Below, in pieces: positions 23,674 through 35,017 of a stretch of 35,498 nt of DNA. Origin of the DNA: Bigelowiella natans CCMP2755 (Eukaryota > Protista > Cercozoa); the NCBI GenBank assembly GCA_000320545.1, contig ADNK01000527.1, positions 1 through 35,498 of the forward strand, read 5' to 3'. The first letter of the stretch is position 1. Each line of letters begins with the position of its first letter. The translations under genes were made by a program, and so were the position numbers. Under the pieces are notes generated by a model. That model saw nothing but the letters and a program-made list of their open reading frames with translations. It was not told where the DNA came from and did not search any database.

Positions 23674-24100
23674 ATGGTTGGAGATCTCTTCGGCTGCTGC
23701 CCCCACACCCAACCCCCTGTTGAGGTTCGGCCCCTGTGCAGAGTGCCGACGATGGGGGCTGGGGATAGCCCCTCTCCCTGGGCAGAAAAAGTAGGATATT
23801 TCTCTGTTGTGACAACGTTCGATTCTCCCTCGGTGTTTAGCTTCGCCGCAAGCCGATTTCGCTGTGAGATCGGGTGGTTTCCGACTTTTACCAATGGAAA
23901 ACATCGCGAATTCATGGCCTGCGACATGCGCTTTTTAACGGCGCCTGCTGACTCATCGGAGCAGGTTCTGCTCTGCTGACCGGGCCGAGCCGAGAGCGTG
24001 GATTCGCGCTGCCTCAAAATTGAAAGGCCCCCTCTCACCCACTCGTGAGTTGGCAAAGGATTGTTCCAGTAGGAGAGTGTACAAACGACGAACCAGGGAT

Positions 24101-25892
24101 ATGGCAGCTTTCACTGCGACGGCGGTGTTCATACTATTTTCAGCCATCGTGCTAGGAGGACTTCTTCTGATGTTTCCGGCTACCCCTTCGCAGCCATCAC
24201 TTCGAGATTTCAAAGTTATGGTAGAGAAAGGGGGCGATGGTCGCTTACGGGTTCCTGTAGTCAGCTATAACATCCGTGTCGATGTGGAAGAAGGGAATAA
24301 AGATAACAATTTCTCTTCTAGGGCGCCGCGGCTAGCAGCGTTCTTCCATGCAGCCTCTCCGTGGCTTGTTGGGCTGCAGGAGCCATCGTCGAGTCAGCTG
24401 CTGCATCTTGAGAACCTGATCCCCGACTATTATGGAACTGTGGTAGCATATCAAATCAAAACATACAATGTCCAGAAGTCTTGCGTATATCTTTACCCTA
24501 CCGTACGTCATTTCCACTTTGCTTAAACTCTCTCGCTCTCCCCCCTCCCCCCCCGTCTCTCTTTCTCTCTTTCTTTTTCCTTTCCTTTCCCCTTTACGTT
24601 AGGGCTATGAAGGACATAATCACAGCCAGCTTCAACGGACAGATTCAAGGCGTCGCAATGATTTTCAGACAGCAATACTCTACGACACTCGTCATTTAAA
24701 GCTCATCGAACAGGATCATATATGGTTGTCGGAAACACCTAAAATACCCAATTCGAAAGGATTCGGTAGCCGCGGCATCCGAACTGCCACCGGAGCGGTG
24801 TTTAAGGTTATCAATGGCAAAGATGTCGACTCCGACGGCGAAGCGAAGAAAAGCAACGCTAAGTTATCCACAAACGTCTCGGAAACTATGATTATCCACA
24901 TCAACACTCATCTCGACGTTTGGATCGAACGAGCACGTCGCGGTCAATCACGCGTGCTGCTGCAATGGGTTCATGAATTTGTGGCAAAGTTTCCAGAGGC
25001 ATATGTGTTTGTCACAGGAGATTTCAATACGTCAGTAGGCCAAGATCCTTATCAAATTCTTACAGCAAAGCATCTATTGAGTCACCTTCCATCGCCTTCA
25101 ATTGATGAGAACGTGTGTGAAAGGACTCATCATGGCTATAAGAAAAAGAATGATGATAGTGATGCTGATGATGGATGTGATTTTGCGGTCAATCAAATCG
25201 GACCAGGTGATCAAAGTCACTATGAAAGCGAGACCAAGGGAAATACAGAACGAATATTCAACTTGAAGGACGCGTGGGAAGTCTGTGCTGAAACTTCTGA
25301 AATTCCACCGACTAATTTTGCGACGAGCTTTCACGGATGGCTTGGAACCATTGTGAATTCCTATGCAGCTAGGATGGCACTACGTGTGGCTTTCGCATTA
25401 CACGGAAGCGGTGTAATATGGCCAAAGCCCATCCCAACAAGCCTGCGACAGATCCCTACAATGATGGCGCAGGTGAGCTAACAATCCTAAAGCAAAACAT
25501 CAGAAAATACTATATTTTGAGTCATAGAATCATAATTTTTGTTGTATGTGTTGCTTCGCTATCAGTTCGAAGTGGGTCGCTTCTGGAGTCAGATGCCGCT
25601 ATCCTTTGCTCGGATGCACGTGGATTGGATCTTATACTCAGAACCGAAGGCCAAGGCAGAGTTTTCCTTACAAAAATCTGCGAAATCAACGAGGCATTCA
25701 GTAGAAACAGAGTCCAAAGATGGAGAAAAAGAATCCGAAGAGCTGCTTAAAATAAAGGGGAAAGGGGCCAGCATTTTGCCGATTCGTGTGTTCATGGGGG
25801 AAGTAAGGAACCAAAATTTCAGCAGTGACCACTTCCCTATTGTTGCTCTCTTTGAGATAGAATTATCAGGGGCGCAGAAGCGAGAGAACTAG
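24101..25892 (+). CDS. Endonuclease/exonuclease/phosphatase (EEP) family protein with N-terminal signal anchor; 3 exons
   Basis: Exons 24101-24442, 24603-25472 and 25566-25892. Motifs SYNIR, VGLQE, WLSETP, NTHLD, TGDFN, HVDWI and SDHFP are present. The N-terminus is hydrophobic (AVFILFSAIVLGGLLLMF). Confidence 0.92.
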
Positions 25893-26794
25893 CAGGAAGT
25901 GAGCAGCTCGCAAGGGCGCATCGAAGCCTATCTGGACAACAATGGAAACAACAAATTCATTCCATCTGCATTGCAGAAGAACCCCGTTCACAGCTATGAA
26001 AATTAATAATGTAAAGGAATTCATGCTCTGCGATGGACTCGATCGCATCATTGAGCCCAAGTAGATGCGATCAATGCTGCAAGCGATGCATCATGCAAAG
26101 CAAGATTGGTGAAGACGAGCGCGCGAAATCCCGCATGCCGCCTCACACGGCTGCAGCATGCATACATAAGCCAAAATATTATTGGTGCCTGCAAAAGACA
26201 TGCGAGCTATTATTGTACGATGCCCACACACATGCTTAGTAGGCAATTATAATCCTGGTATTGCTTATTTGTCGCCGCTGCGCTAAGCTTACTTCACATA
26301 AGACTATAGTATTAGAATGTGGCTTGGCCACGCAACCTAAGGTAAATCACAATTATACTATGCCTTCGCTTCGGCGCACACGCACAGGTATATTTATGGG
26401 TGCTATTCCATACATACAGACCACATGTTTGACGTACAGGCGCCATGCATTCATGACGGATGAGAATGTACCATATGACACTCGTTCACCTACTCAAAAG
26501 TGACTATGTTCATATAAGCTCACTCAAAGGTTTGTTAGAGGTTTGTTCTTCATTCCATTAACCATTAACATTCAAGTGCCTCGAAACAGAAATCCCGCGT
26601 TGGATTAGGCTCTTTTCTTCCATAACCAGATTTAAGAGCGAGCGGTTGAGGGCTCACTTCGACAACGAACAAGGGCGATATGTAATGCTGCGGATGTTTC
26701 CCCAGTGTGATCATGCGTACTACGTTGGCCACGAACTTAGAAAACTACTCAACTATTTAAATTGCATAATAATTATATCATCATCATAATATTT

Positions 26795-27474
26795 CTAATC
26801 GGAATCCGAATCGTTCTGATAGTCGTTGGACTGCCAACCACTCCGACTTGTAATGATGGCTCTCCCAATGTTCCTGATCCAGTCTTCCTTATCATTGCTG
26901 GAGCTTGCCACCATTGAGAATGAGGTCTCTTTTGAATACACGTCGAACGAATGTGAACGATTTGTGTACTCTTCGGAGGACTTTACAGAGCTGAATACTT
27001 TTAGATCGATTACTTCTGTTGGATTCGAGTAAACCTAGTGGTACGTAATTATTAAGGATTGTAAACAATATTTTCAACCCGCAAAACCTTTTCCTTTTTG
27101 AAGCTGTAGAGCACGCTGCCTTCAAGAACGAACCATCTTTTCCTCCATGTTTTCAAGAAACGACCTGAAAATTCAGCATGCATTTCATTAAAGATAACAC
27201 CATTGTCTGTTTCGTGTGAAAGAAATTACTTTGCTTCTCTAGCCAGCCCTCCTTTGATGGATTAGTTATATCAATTTTTCCCTGCGAAGTTCCATTCAAT
27301 GTATGAGCCGAAGAAAGTAATTAGTGTTATTCTGGGCTTTCCGATCGAAGTCAACTTGCTCTCATTTTAAAAAAGGATTTCATTGAAGGTTATTTCTATT
27401 ATGTAAGGAACGTGAAGGATTAGCAGGAGGACCGATGATTTCAGCTTGGTCTCCTCTGTCTTTTTCCCCTCCAT
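26795..27474 (-). CDS. Small pleckstrin homology (PH) domain protein; 4 exons
   Basis: Spliced product: MEGKKTEETKLKSS|GKIDITNPSKEGWLEKQ|SRFLKTWRKRWFVLEGSVLYSFKKEK|VYSNPTEVIDLKVFSSVKSSEEYTNRSHSFDVYSKETSFSMVASSSNDKEDWIRNIGRAIITSRSGWQSNDYQNDSDSD*. It has the canonical KEGWLxK...WRKRWFVL strand motif and the C-terminal helix Trp. The gene is missed by the ORF track. Confidence 0.93.
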
Positions 27475-28657
27475 CGCTCTTCGCCTTGGGTGGCTGAGTT
27501 CGTATCAATTTCAATCGGCTCGAGCAGAAAATATTTACGAATGTCCCTTTGCGACATAATGTTGTAGATGTCGTAACATGTCAAAGCATTTATTTTTGCT
27601 GAAGAAAAGTAATCTGGCATAACTGCGACCTAAGACCGCGCGGAAGATCCGGATAGAAATTTTCTACATGGAATCAGACCATATTTCTCTGAGACGACAA
27701 AGAGTCTGATGACTTTTTTGGCATCTGGAAGGATCTGCAACTTCCAAATTAAAGTGCGGAATGACAGTAGCAAGCTTCGCATTTCGCGAGTTCACAACAA
27801 TCCAAACAGACATTTCCCGCAGTTCATTTTTCAACGCAGCAAAAGATCACTCGTAGACTCTACTAAAAATCTACGAGATCTATCTCCGATGCAACTAGTA
27901 CTCCAAGTTGTTTTTTCCTGGTGCTGGGGTTACGAAGTTTTTGCGAAGATTGGCTTCACCAACTAGATCTACGACATCCTTTCCTCCATAAAAACTTGAA
28001 GACCTCTTGTCAAGGAACATTTTCAAGACCCAACTTGATCAACGACGAGCGCTATCGGTGCTTTTTCCTATTTACAAGGAAGCAACCGGAAAAATGGACA
28101 GTGCAGATTTTAAGATGAACCTAGATCTATCATGAGTCATGTGAAATCCAGGAAATCCCGTTAGATTTCTACCAAAAAAATTGAAATCCCAGAAATCACA
28201 CATTTGATCACATCCGGTTGACTCACGCGGCTTCGAATGCCGGGATTCCCATCCGATGAAGAGAAGAAACCGACCATGGCATGGGGTTCTTCGCACATCA
28301 AAGCTGCTGGAGCAAAAATACTCGAAATATTGTAGGCGTTCCTCAAGTTTATCTCCTGCAACGTCTTGGAAACAAGGGTAGTGACGCGCAGTGGTCAAGA
28401 TCATCTTGCAGCAAATATGGGAGATCAACAGTGCATAAGACTTAATTGAGACAAGATATTTTCGAAGCAGCAGGAAAAATTGGATTGCATTTCGGTAATA
28501 TTGTGTAGATAATCTTGGGGAGATTGATCCAAACACCAATCTTAGCGCAAAGACAGTGGAGCAGTTGCAACCACCCTCCCAAGCAATTTACAATCTGCGG
28601 TGGCGCCAAAAGTTCATTGTACCGAACTATTCGAACTCCGGAAATCATCTATTCACA

Positions 28658-29846
28658 ATGGATCCTGCGCAATCACCCTCAGTAAGGCCGCATTCGCTCT
28701 TCCCTCTCATGCTCTCTCCTAACCTATCAAAAAATTTCAGGCGTCAAGCAAGCGGCGCCGTACGCCTACCAAAATAGCTCCGACCAACAAGCGACAGAGG
28801 AGAACATCAAAAAGCACACGCAGTGAGTTATCTACTAATTTTTCAAATCCAATCCTCTTATCTTCAAATTCGAACTCAGGACCTGCTAGCGCACAGAAGA
28901 ATCCTCGGAAAAAGCGCACCTGTAGATTTGACAGCTCTCTCAGCCTCCTGACCAAAAAATTCGTCGACCTCATCAACAACCAAGAGGAAAAGCTCTTGGA
29001 TCTAAATGATGCCGCGGAAAAGCTTCAAGTGCAAAAACGAAGAATATATGACATCACAAATGTTCTGGAAGGGATCGGCTTGATCGAGAAGAAATCCAAG
29101 AATCGCATTCATTGGAAGTCAGGCCTTATCAATAAGCATTTCAATCAGTCCCCGTTGATTTAATTTCGTCTTTAGGGCCGAAGGCATTTGTCAGTATGAC
29201 CAGCATGGAAGGGAACTGCTTAAGCTACAGCAAGACCTGGAGGAGGCCAAACGTGAAGAGGATGTAATGTCCACTGCATCATATGAGGGTCTTTTACTCG
29301 TTGACAGTATATCATTTGCACGAAATAGGATATTGATAAGAGAAGGGCTGATATCAAGAAACGGTTGAATCATCTTGGTACCGATGAAGAGAACCAAAAA
29401 CTCGCATTTGTCACTCACGAGGTCTGTTTCGCATCCACGAATTACAACTGTTCACAATAGTCCATCGCCACAAATCCTGCTGATTATTTTTCATTTGATC
29501 GTGCAGGACATCAAAAATCTGGATGCTTTCCAGGATTCAACGCTTATTACAATCAAAGCACCGTCAGGAACGACATTGGAAGTTTCGGAGAAAGACGATG
29601 TATCGTACCGTACATACCACTGACGAACACAGCATACAAATTATGTTTACATTCGTGAAACGGATCCGCAGTAACATTATCTCTCTCACTAACAGTACGA
29701 CACGTCTTCGCACAAGTACAGTATCTCTCTAGAGAGCACGAAAGGCCCCATCCGCGTGTACCCAATCTCGGATTCTGGTAGTGAACGATGCGTGATTGAA
29801 TGATGCTTCTTCTGCATTGTATACAGTGACACGGTCTAACGTCTAA
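28658..29846 (+). CDS. E2F: E2F-family transcription factor; multi-exon, may extend upstream towards ~27668
   Basis: The exon at ~28880-29117 encodes [65 protein letters not shown] (E2F DNA-binding domain, RRIYD). It is followed by a coiled coil and the marked box LAFVTHE|[26 protein letters not shown]...[15 protein letters not shown]. The predicted stop is TAA at 29844-29846. Confidence 0.93.
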
Positions 29847-30208
29847 TGTTCCCCCCAGACAAACTGAGTTTCGTGGAAACCGACCAGCTGGGTTCCAGTA
29901 GACTATCGGAGCAACAGGAACCTGTCTGCTAGCTTCAAGCTGCCACGCGAAGCATCGCCACTCTTTTCTAAAATCGTGCGTAGCCATTGTTTTTTTTTAT
30001 GAAGTGCTCGTCATGGTCAATGGAGCGCTCTAATGAAGTCAAATAGAATACGTTCTGTGAGTACTGAGGGATATGCCCAGGGAAAACTGATAGAAATAAA
30101 ATACTACATATGCATATATTACATACGTGCATATATACACATATATATTCGGAAAACATGATAAGCATTTGTGAATAAGGGAATCTAGTTGGTATGAGCA
30201 AAATGTTA

Positions 30209-30209
30209 G

Positions 30210-30266
<57 letters not shown>
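30209..30266. repeat. Compound (CA)n(TA)n microsatellite, intergenic
   Basis: Directly visible between the 3' ends of E2F and LOG. Confidence 0.95.
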
Positions 30267-30267
<1 letters not shown>

Positions 30268-31377
30268 CTAATATAAAGGAAATTTATTTTGGCACATGAT
30301 ATTGAGACTGAATTTGCTTCAGCTGTTTAATGAACGGATTTATTTAATCTTGAGGAGTGAAATCTTTTCCTATTTTTGACTGCCACGAAAGAAAGGGCGT
30401 CTCCTTAACAGTGATGATAAAATGTATAGATCATTGAATAGGAGGGGTTGTAAAAGTCACATGCAATAAAGTGAACGAGTAAAAAAGAAAAATTAAAAAT
30501 TGATGAGCAAACCAGTACAAAGGACATTTGATGTGGTTCAAATTGAAGTACACATGAATTGATTCGTGTGGTCTCTCCATTACGAGAATAGTGACAATGT
30601 TTTTACCTGAATATATCCGACAGAGTATGCACGGCTTGCATGCTATGCACATGCAGTACTGTGTATGGCGTCTGCTAGATGTGCGAAAGTAGCTAGATAT
30701 ATGGATGATAGACAGACGCGCGTGCACAATGTGATCGACATATGATGCTATAATGGGCGCCTGGCCATGCAAGCTACATGCTGCACTGCTGTGATGCGTT
30801 GCCATGGCTACTAGATGGTTTTTGCATGAAATAGAAATCATGGCATTGCAATTACGTACCGACATGCAATGTCCACGTACATATGAGACGGATGTAATGA
30901 AATGTTTAAATTGTTTCAATGGTCATCCTAATGTAGCTGTGCAACGCAGCGGCTACAGCGCTTAAATTGTATCTATTTGTTTCCTTGGTCACATGGCGCA
31001 TGCATGAAAATGCATCCTGTTTTGGTCTAGCATGGCGCGCTTTGCGCGCAGCTTCTCATATACACACAGAGACGTAGAGACACGTATATTACTCCCTAAA
31101 GGAATATATACTAAGTCTCTATTATACTATGCGTCAATGTATACCTAGATACCTCTAGACGTAGCTGGGATGCACTCGAACGATGCTATATTCATGCAAC
31201 CAATCAATGAGTGAAAGCAAAGCGCACATGCTAGTATGGCAGTCGCGCTTTTCTAGTTTTATATACGATGTGTTTATGTGTCATAGCAGCCCCTATTTTA
31301 TCAGTTTTGGTTTTGAACAGCCTTTATTTTATTAATTTTGAATGCGGAAGAACAGTTTCGAAATCGGTTTCAAATTT

Positions 31378-32610
31378 CTATTTTTCACTTTTGCATGCTT
31401 CTTTTTCAAGTTTTGCTTCCTTCTTCTTCCATTCTGCTTCAACTTTGTCAAGATAGCTAGTGATATATTCAAAAGCTTCATCAACTGAATCGGTGATGAA
31501 AAGCTTCTCAATGTCACTAGGTGAGACCGTGCCAAATTCCACTAAAGCATCCCAGTTAAAGACCTTTGACCAGAACTTTTTCGAGAAAAGTACAATTGGA
31601 ATATCGGGATGCTTCCCGGTTTGGATAAGGGTCATGATCTCGAAGAGCTCATCACAGGTGCCGAATCCTCCCGGGGATGCAATGAGTGCATGGCAAGTGT
31701 TTGCCATCCAGTATTTTCGGGAAAAGAAGTAGTGGTATTCGAAAGCGAGGTCATTACTTACATACTGGTTAAGACCAGCTTCAAATGGAAGAGAGATACC
31801 CATACCTATCGAGGCAGCACCCTTCACTTCACTTGCACCTCTGTTTGCGGCTTCCATGAGGCCAGGTCCACCGCCAGATGCAACGCTGACTCGCTTGAAG
31901 CCCTTCTTTCTACGGTCCACGCCCCACTGTGCAAGTTTGCGTGCTAATGTCCGAGTCTGTTCGTACATTGCACACATCCACTTGGTACGTTGGAGGCGCT
32001 GAACCTTTTCTTGCGCCTTTTTATAGCCTGAGGTACCTTCGGTCTCCTTGGCAAGGCCTTCTTCGGCAGCCTTGAGAAGCTTCGCGTGATCATCTGGGTG
32101 GCGTGCACGAGCGGAAGCAAAAAACAGAACAGTTGCCTCGATATCGTTGTCGCGAAGCCTCTTTTTGGTTTCCCAATACTCACAAAGGATTCGAACGGGA
32201 CGCGCAGTGCTGCTCATCAAAAAATCTTTGCTCTTATACGCCTTAACTGTTGGAGTGTATTCTTCATTGTCTACAACAATTTTGTTTCTGTCATTACGGA
32301 CGGCAACTTCCTTCTTCTTTTCCATGTCGATCTTCATCTTGTTGAAGCGTTCCTGCACTGCTGTGAATCGAGCTTGATTATGCAACATCCTGTAAATCCA
32401 CGAATACTGCTGACCCCTCCGTGTGAAAAATAGAGTATAGCTTTGAGCTTGAAATCTGGCGAGAGGGTAGGTCCCGAGCTTAGATCTGAATTTGTATTTT
32501 TGTTTCACTTTTCGGTTTAAAAATACACACAATTTTAATGCTGCGACACCGCCAAAACGGAGGTCTTCAAACGAGTGAGGGTACTCGACCTTTTTGGGTA
32601 GTTGAGACAT
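31378..32610 (-). CDS. LOG-family (Lonely Guy) nucleotide phosphoribohydrolase, type II; intronless
   Basis: A 410-aa continuous ORF with ARPVRILCEY, TVLFFASAR, SGGGPGLMEAANRGA, GISLPFE, FEYHYFFSRK and PGGFGTCDELFE...LIQTGK. PGGxGTxDE is the type II LOG signature. Confidence 0.92.
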   Translation of the reverse strand: MSQLPKKVEYPHSFEDLRFGGVAALKLCVFLNRKVKQKYKFRSKLGTYPLARFQAQSYTLFFTRRGQQYSWIYRMLHNQARFTAVQERFNKMKIDMEKKKEVAVRNDRNKIVVDNEEYTPTVKAYKSKDFLMSSTARPVRILCEYWETKKRLRDNDIEATVLFFASARARHPDDHAKLLKAAEEGLAKETEGTSGYKKAQEKVQRLQRTKWMCAMYEQTRTLARKLAQWGVDRRKKGFKRVSVASGGGPGLMEAANRGASEVKGAASIGMGISLPFEAGLNQYVSNDLAFEYHYFFSRKYWMANTCHALIASPGGFGTCDELFEIMTLIQTGKHPDIPIVLFSKKFWSKVFNWDALVEFGTVSPSDIEKLFITDSVDEAFEYITSYLDKVEAEWKKKEAKLEKEACKSEK

Positions 32611-32780
32611 CCGACTCCGAACCCGAAGATACCGAGATATGTGGGGAATAGTGCAGGAAAGGAAGAGGGTTTTGACCCTGCGACAAATAATGATCGGCGA
32701 TTTTCTAAATATCTCCGAGAGCTTTTTCCCCGATGATAATTAAGCACAAGGAAGCACAGTTGGGGGATGATATCGGATCT

Positions 32781-33419
32781 ATGGTTTCGTTATTCCTTTT
32801 AAGAGAAACTGTGTCATGGGCGAACACAACACTTTTTTGTGGGGTTGCAGGAGCCGTAGTCGTTGGAATAACAACAGGGCTTAAGTTCAAGCAAACCGAG
32901 TCGAAATATATCCGCGCCTTCACACCGCTCAACGTTGCGAAGTGGCTCGTGCCAAGCTTTTACGCCATATTCTTGACGGCAGCAGGACTTTATTCGGCTT
33001 ACTACGATCCCTCAAACGATGCCTTAGTTCGTCACTATGGATCGTATCATTTGCTACCAGTTGGAGTACTATCAATCTTGATTCACTCTAACATGCATTA
33101 CAGGCGCTTTCAGGGGAGGCAGATTGCTGATGGACCCACCCTTCTCATATGCACGTTCGGGCAGCTGATCTTCTTAGCTTCTTACTTCGCCTTCCGTGCG
33201 GTTGCAAGGGGAGAGAGCATCAAGCCTGTTATAGCTTTGGGGGATGTCGGAGCAGGCCTCATCCTCGGTATCCAAGCGTTCCGTCTCCTTTTCGCTGTCT
33301 TCATAGCAATTAACATATCTGGAGATAAGCGCAGCTTCTTAACACGATTCAATGAGAGCTATTTCCGCACTGATCTTCGGTGGGCATGTCCTATGAATCT
33401 GGCAAAAAAGGAATCGTAA
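32781..33419 (+). CDS. Hypothetical multi-pass membrane protein (212 aa); intronless
   Basis: Continuous non-repetitive ORF from ATG 32781 to TAA 33419 with about five hydrophobic segments. I recognise no family. Confidence 0.7.
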   Translation: MVSLFLLRETVSWANTTLFCGVAGAVVVGITTGLKFKQTESKYIRAFTPLNVAKWLVPSFYAIFLTAAGLYSAYYDPSNDALVRHYGSYHLLPVGVLSILIHSNMHYRRFQGRQIADGPTLLICTFGQLIFLASYFAFRAVARGESIKPVIALGDVGAGLILGIQAFRLLFAVFIAINISGDKRSFLTRFNESYFRTDLRWACPMNLAKKES

Positions 33420-34018
33420 TGATCTGCACCCACTTAACGATAACGGGGTGTGCATGCATGCAGCAGTGAGAATAAAACTATAAGTGATTCAGCCCACTTG
33501 CTTCTTGAATGAATTTTGATTATGTAATTTAAAAACTTAAAAATGAAGTTATTGCTAGATTATAATTTAAATTATAACTTTACATTTTCCACGATCTAGA
33601 AGGTAGGCAATATATCCTCTTAGTTATTGACGAATGCAAGTACTTTCATGCGCAAAGCGGTTAATCATTATTTATTCTATAACACCACCACCTGCACCAT
33701 CATACACCTTCTCCGCCTAGCAGATTCCAAAATATGCGTCCATAGCATTTGGGTTAAGTAAAGTGCGCCCTGTTATTTGAATCTGTTCACATGATACAAC
33801 TGTAAATGCGCGCAACACATGTACACATGCACGAGTCACGTACATGTGCAAGATGCACGTTATTTATGACATTATTACTGGCTGGCACGCATACGTACTA
33901 ACTGATACGACATGCGATGCCCTGGCTGCTGATGTGCATGTCATGAAATGCTATTGCGGTCTTAGATTATGTATATGCTCGTTGAGAACATCCAATAATT
34001 GTTGTTATTACTATATCA

Positions 34019-34406
34019 TCATGCATCAGCATCGTCCTCTGGGAGCTCTTCCATTATCCCTGCGATCCTATGCTTGTTCTCTTGGAAGACGATGACGTGG
34101 GCAGTCAGATCATCTCCGCTTCCTGGAAGAACGATCGATCAACAAAAATTACTGTCAAGAATGTGTGGTCAGCGCTTCCACCGAGCGGAGAAGAAAGATC
34201 AACATGCATTCCTGCACGATGTAAGATCTCCATATATATCCCCCACTTCCGACCGTGTTATTTCTTTGATTACCTCTCTCTTTTGCAGCCTCTACGAGCG
34301 CGAGGGAGGCTTTCTTTGCGTCAAAAAGTGCAAGATGTGCTGCGACAACCTGTGTTTAAAAGTTGTTGGTAATGGTCGTCTGCTGGGTTAAAGGAAAAGT
34401 AGCAGC

Positions 34407-34451
<45 letters not shown>

Positions 34452-34971
34452 TCATGTATATACATACTTCATGACTTTACAAACGTCTCTTGATGAGGAA
34501 GAGTTCTGTCAAAAAAGGACCTCCACCGCCTCCTTGTTACTGAGAACGTCCCACACGCCATCGCAGCCAAGGATGAGGAACAGGTCGCTCTCCTTCGACA
34601 ACTCTATGGTGTGGATCTAATCTCGCCGACAGGGGAGGAGAAGAAGGAGGAGAAGGAGGAGGAGGAGGAGGAGGAGGAGGAGGAGGAGCAGAAGGAGAAT
34701 CAGTGATAGGAATATATTCCAATCAAACTCCACAGAAATTTGACATCGAAACGCACAAACAGGAAGAAACGGTTGGAAGCGCAATACTGCAGTAAGAGAG
34801 TATAGGGAAATAGCATGAACGTTTGTTAGCGAGCAAGAACACCACCTCCGGGTCAGCTGAGACGAGAGCATGTGGTGCCTTGAAGTCTCTATCTCCAAAC
34901 GCACGCGAGACGGATAACCTAGCAGCAGCATCAGCAGCGAGGAGGAGGAGGAGGAGGAGGAGGAGGAGGAG

Positions 34972-35017
<46 letters not shown>

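Noticed and set aside
23091-23979. Plus-strand ORFs 23091-23513, 23378-23794 and 23674-23979
   Set aside because: They are antisense shadows of the Elf1-like exons and promoter, with no motifs.
30431-30919. 162-aa His/Cys-rich minus-strand ORF
   Set aside because: Its composition reflects the TGCA/CATG-rich convergent spacer; it has a non-ATG start and no domain or splice support.
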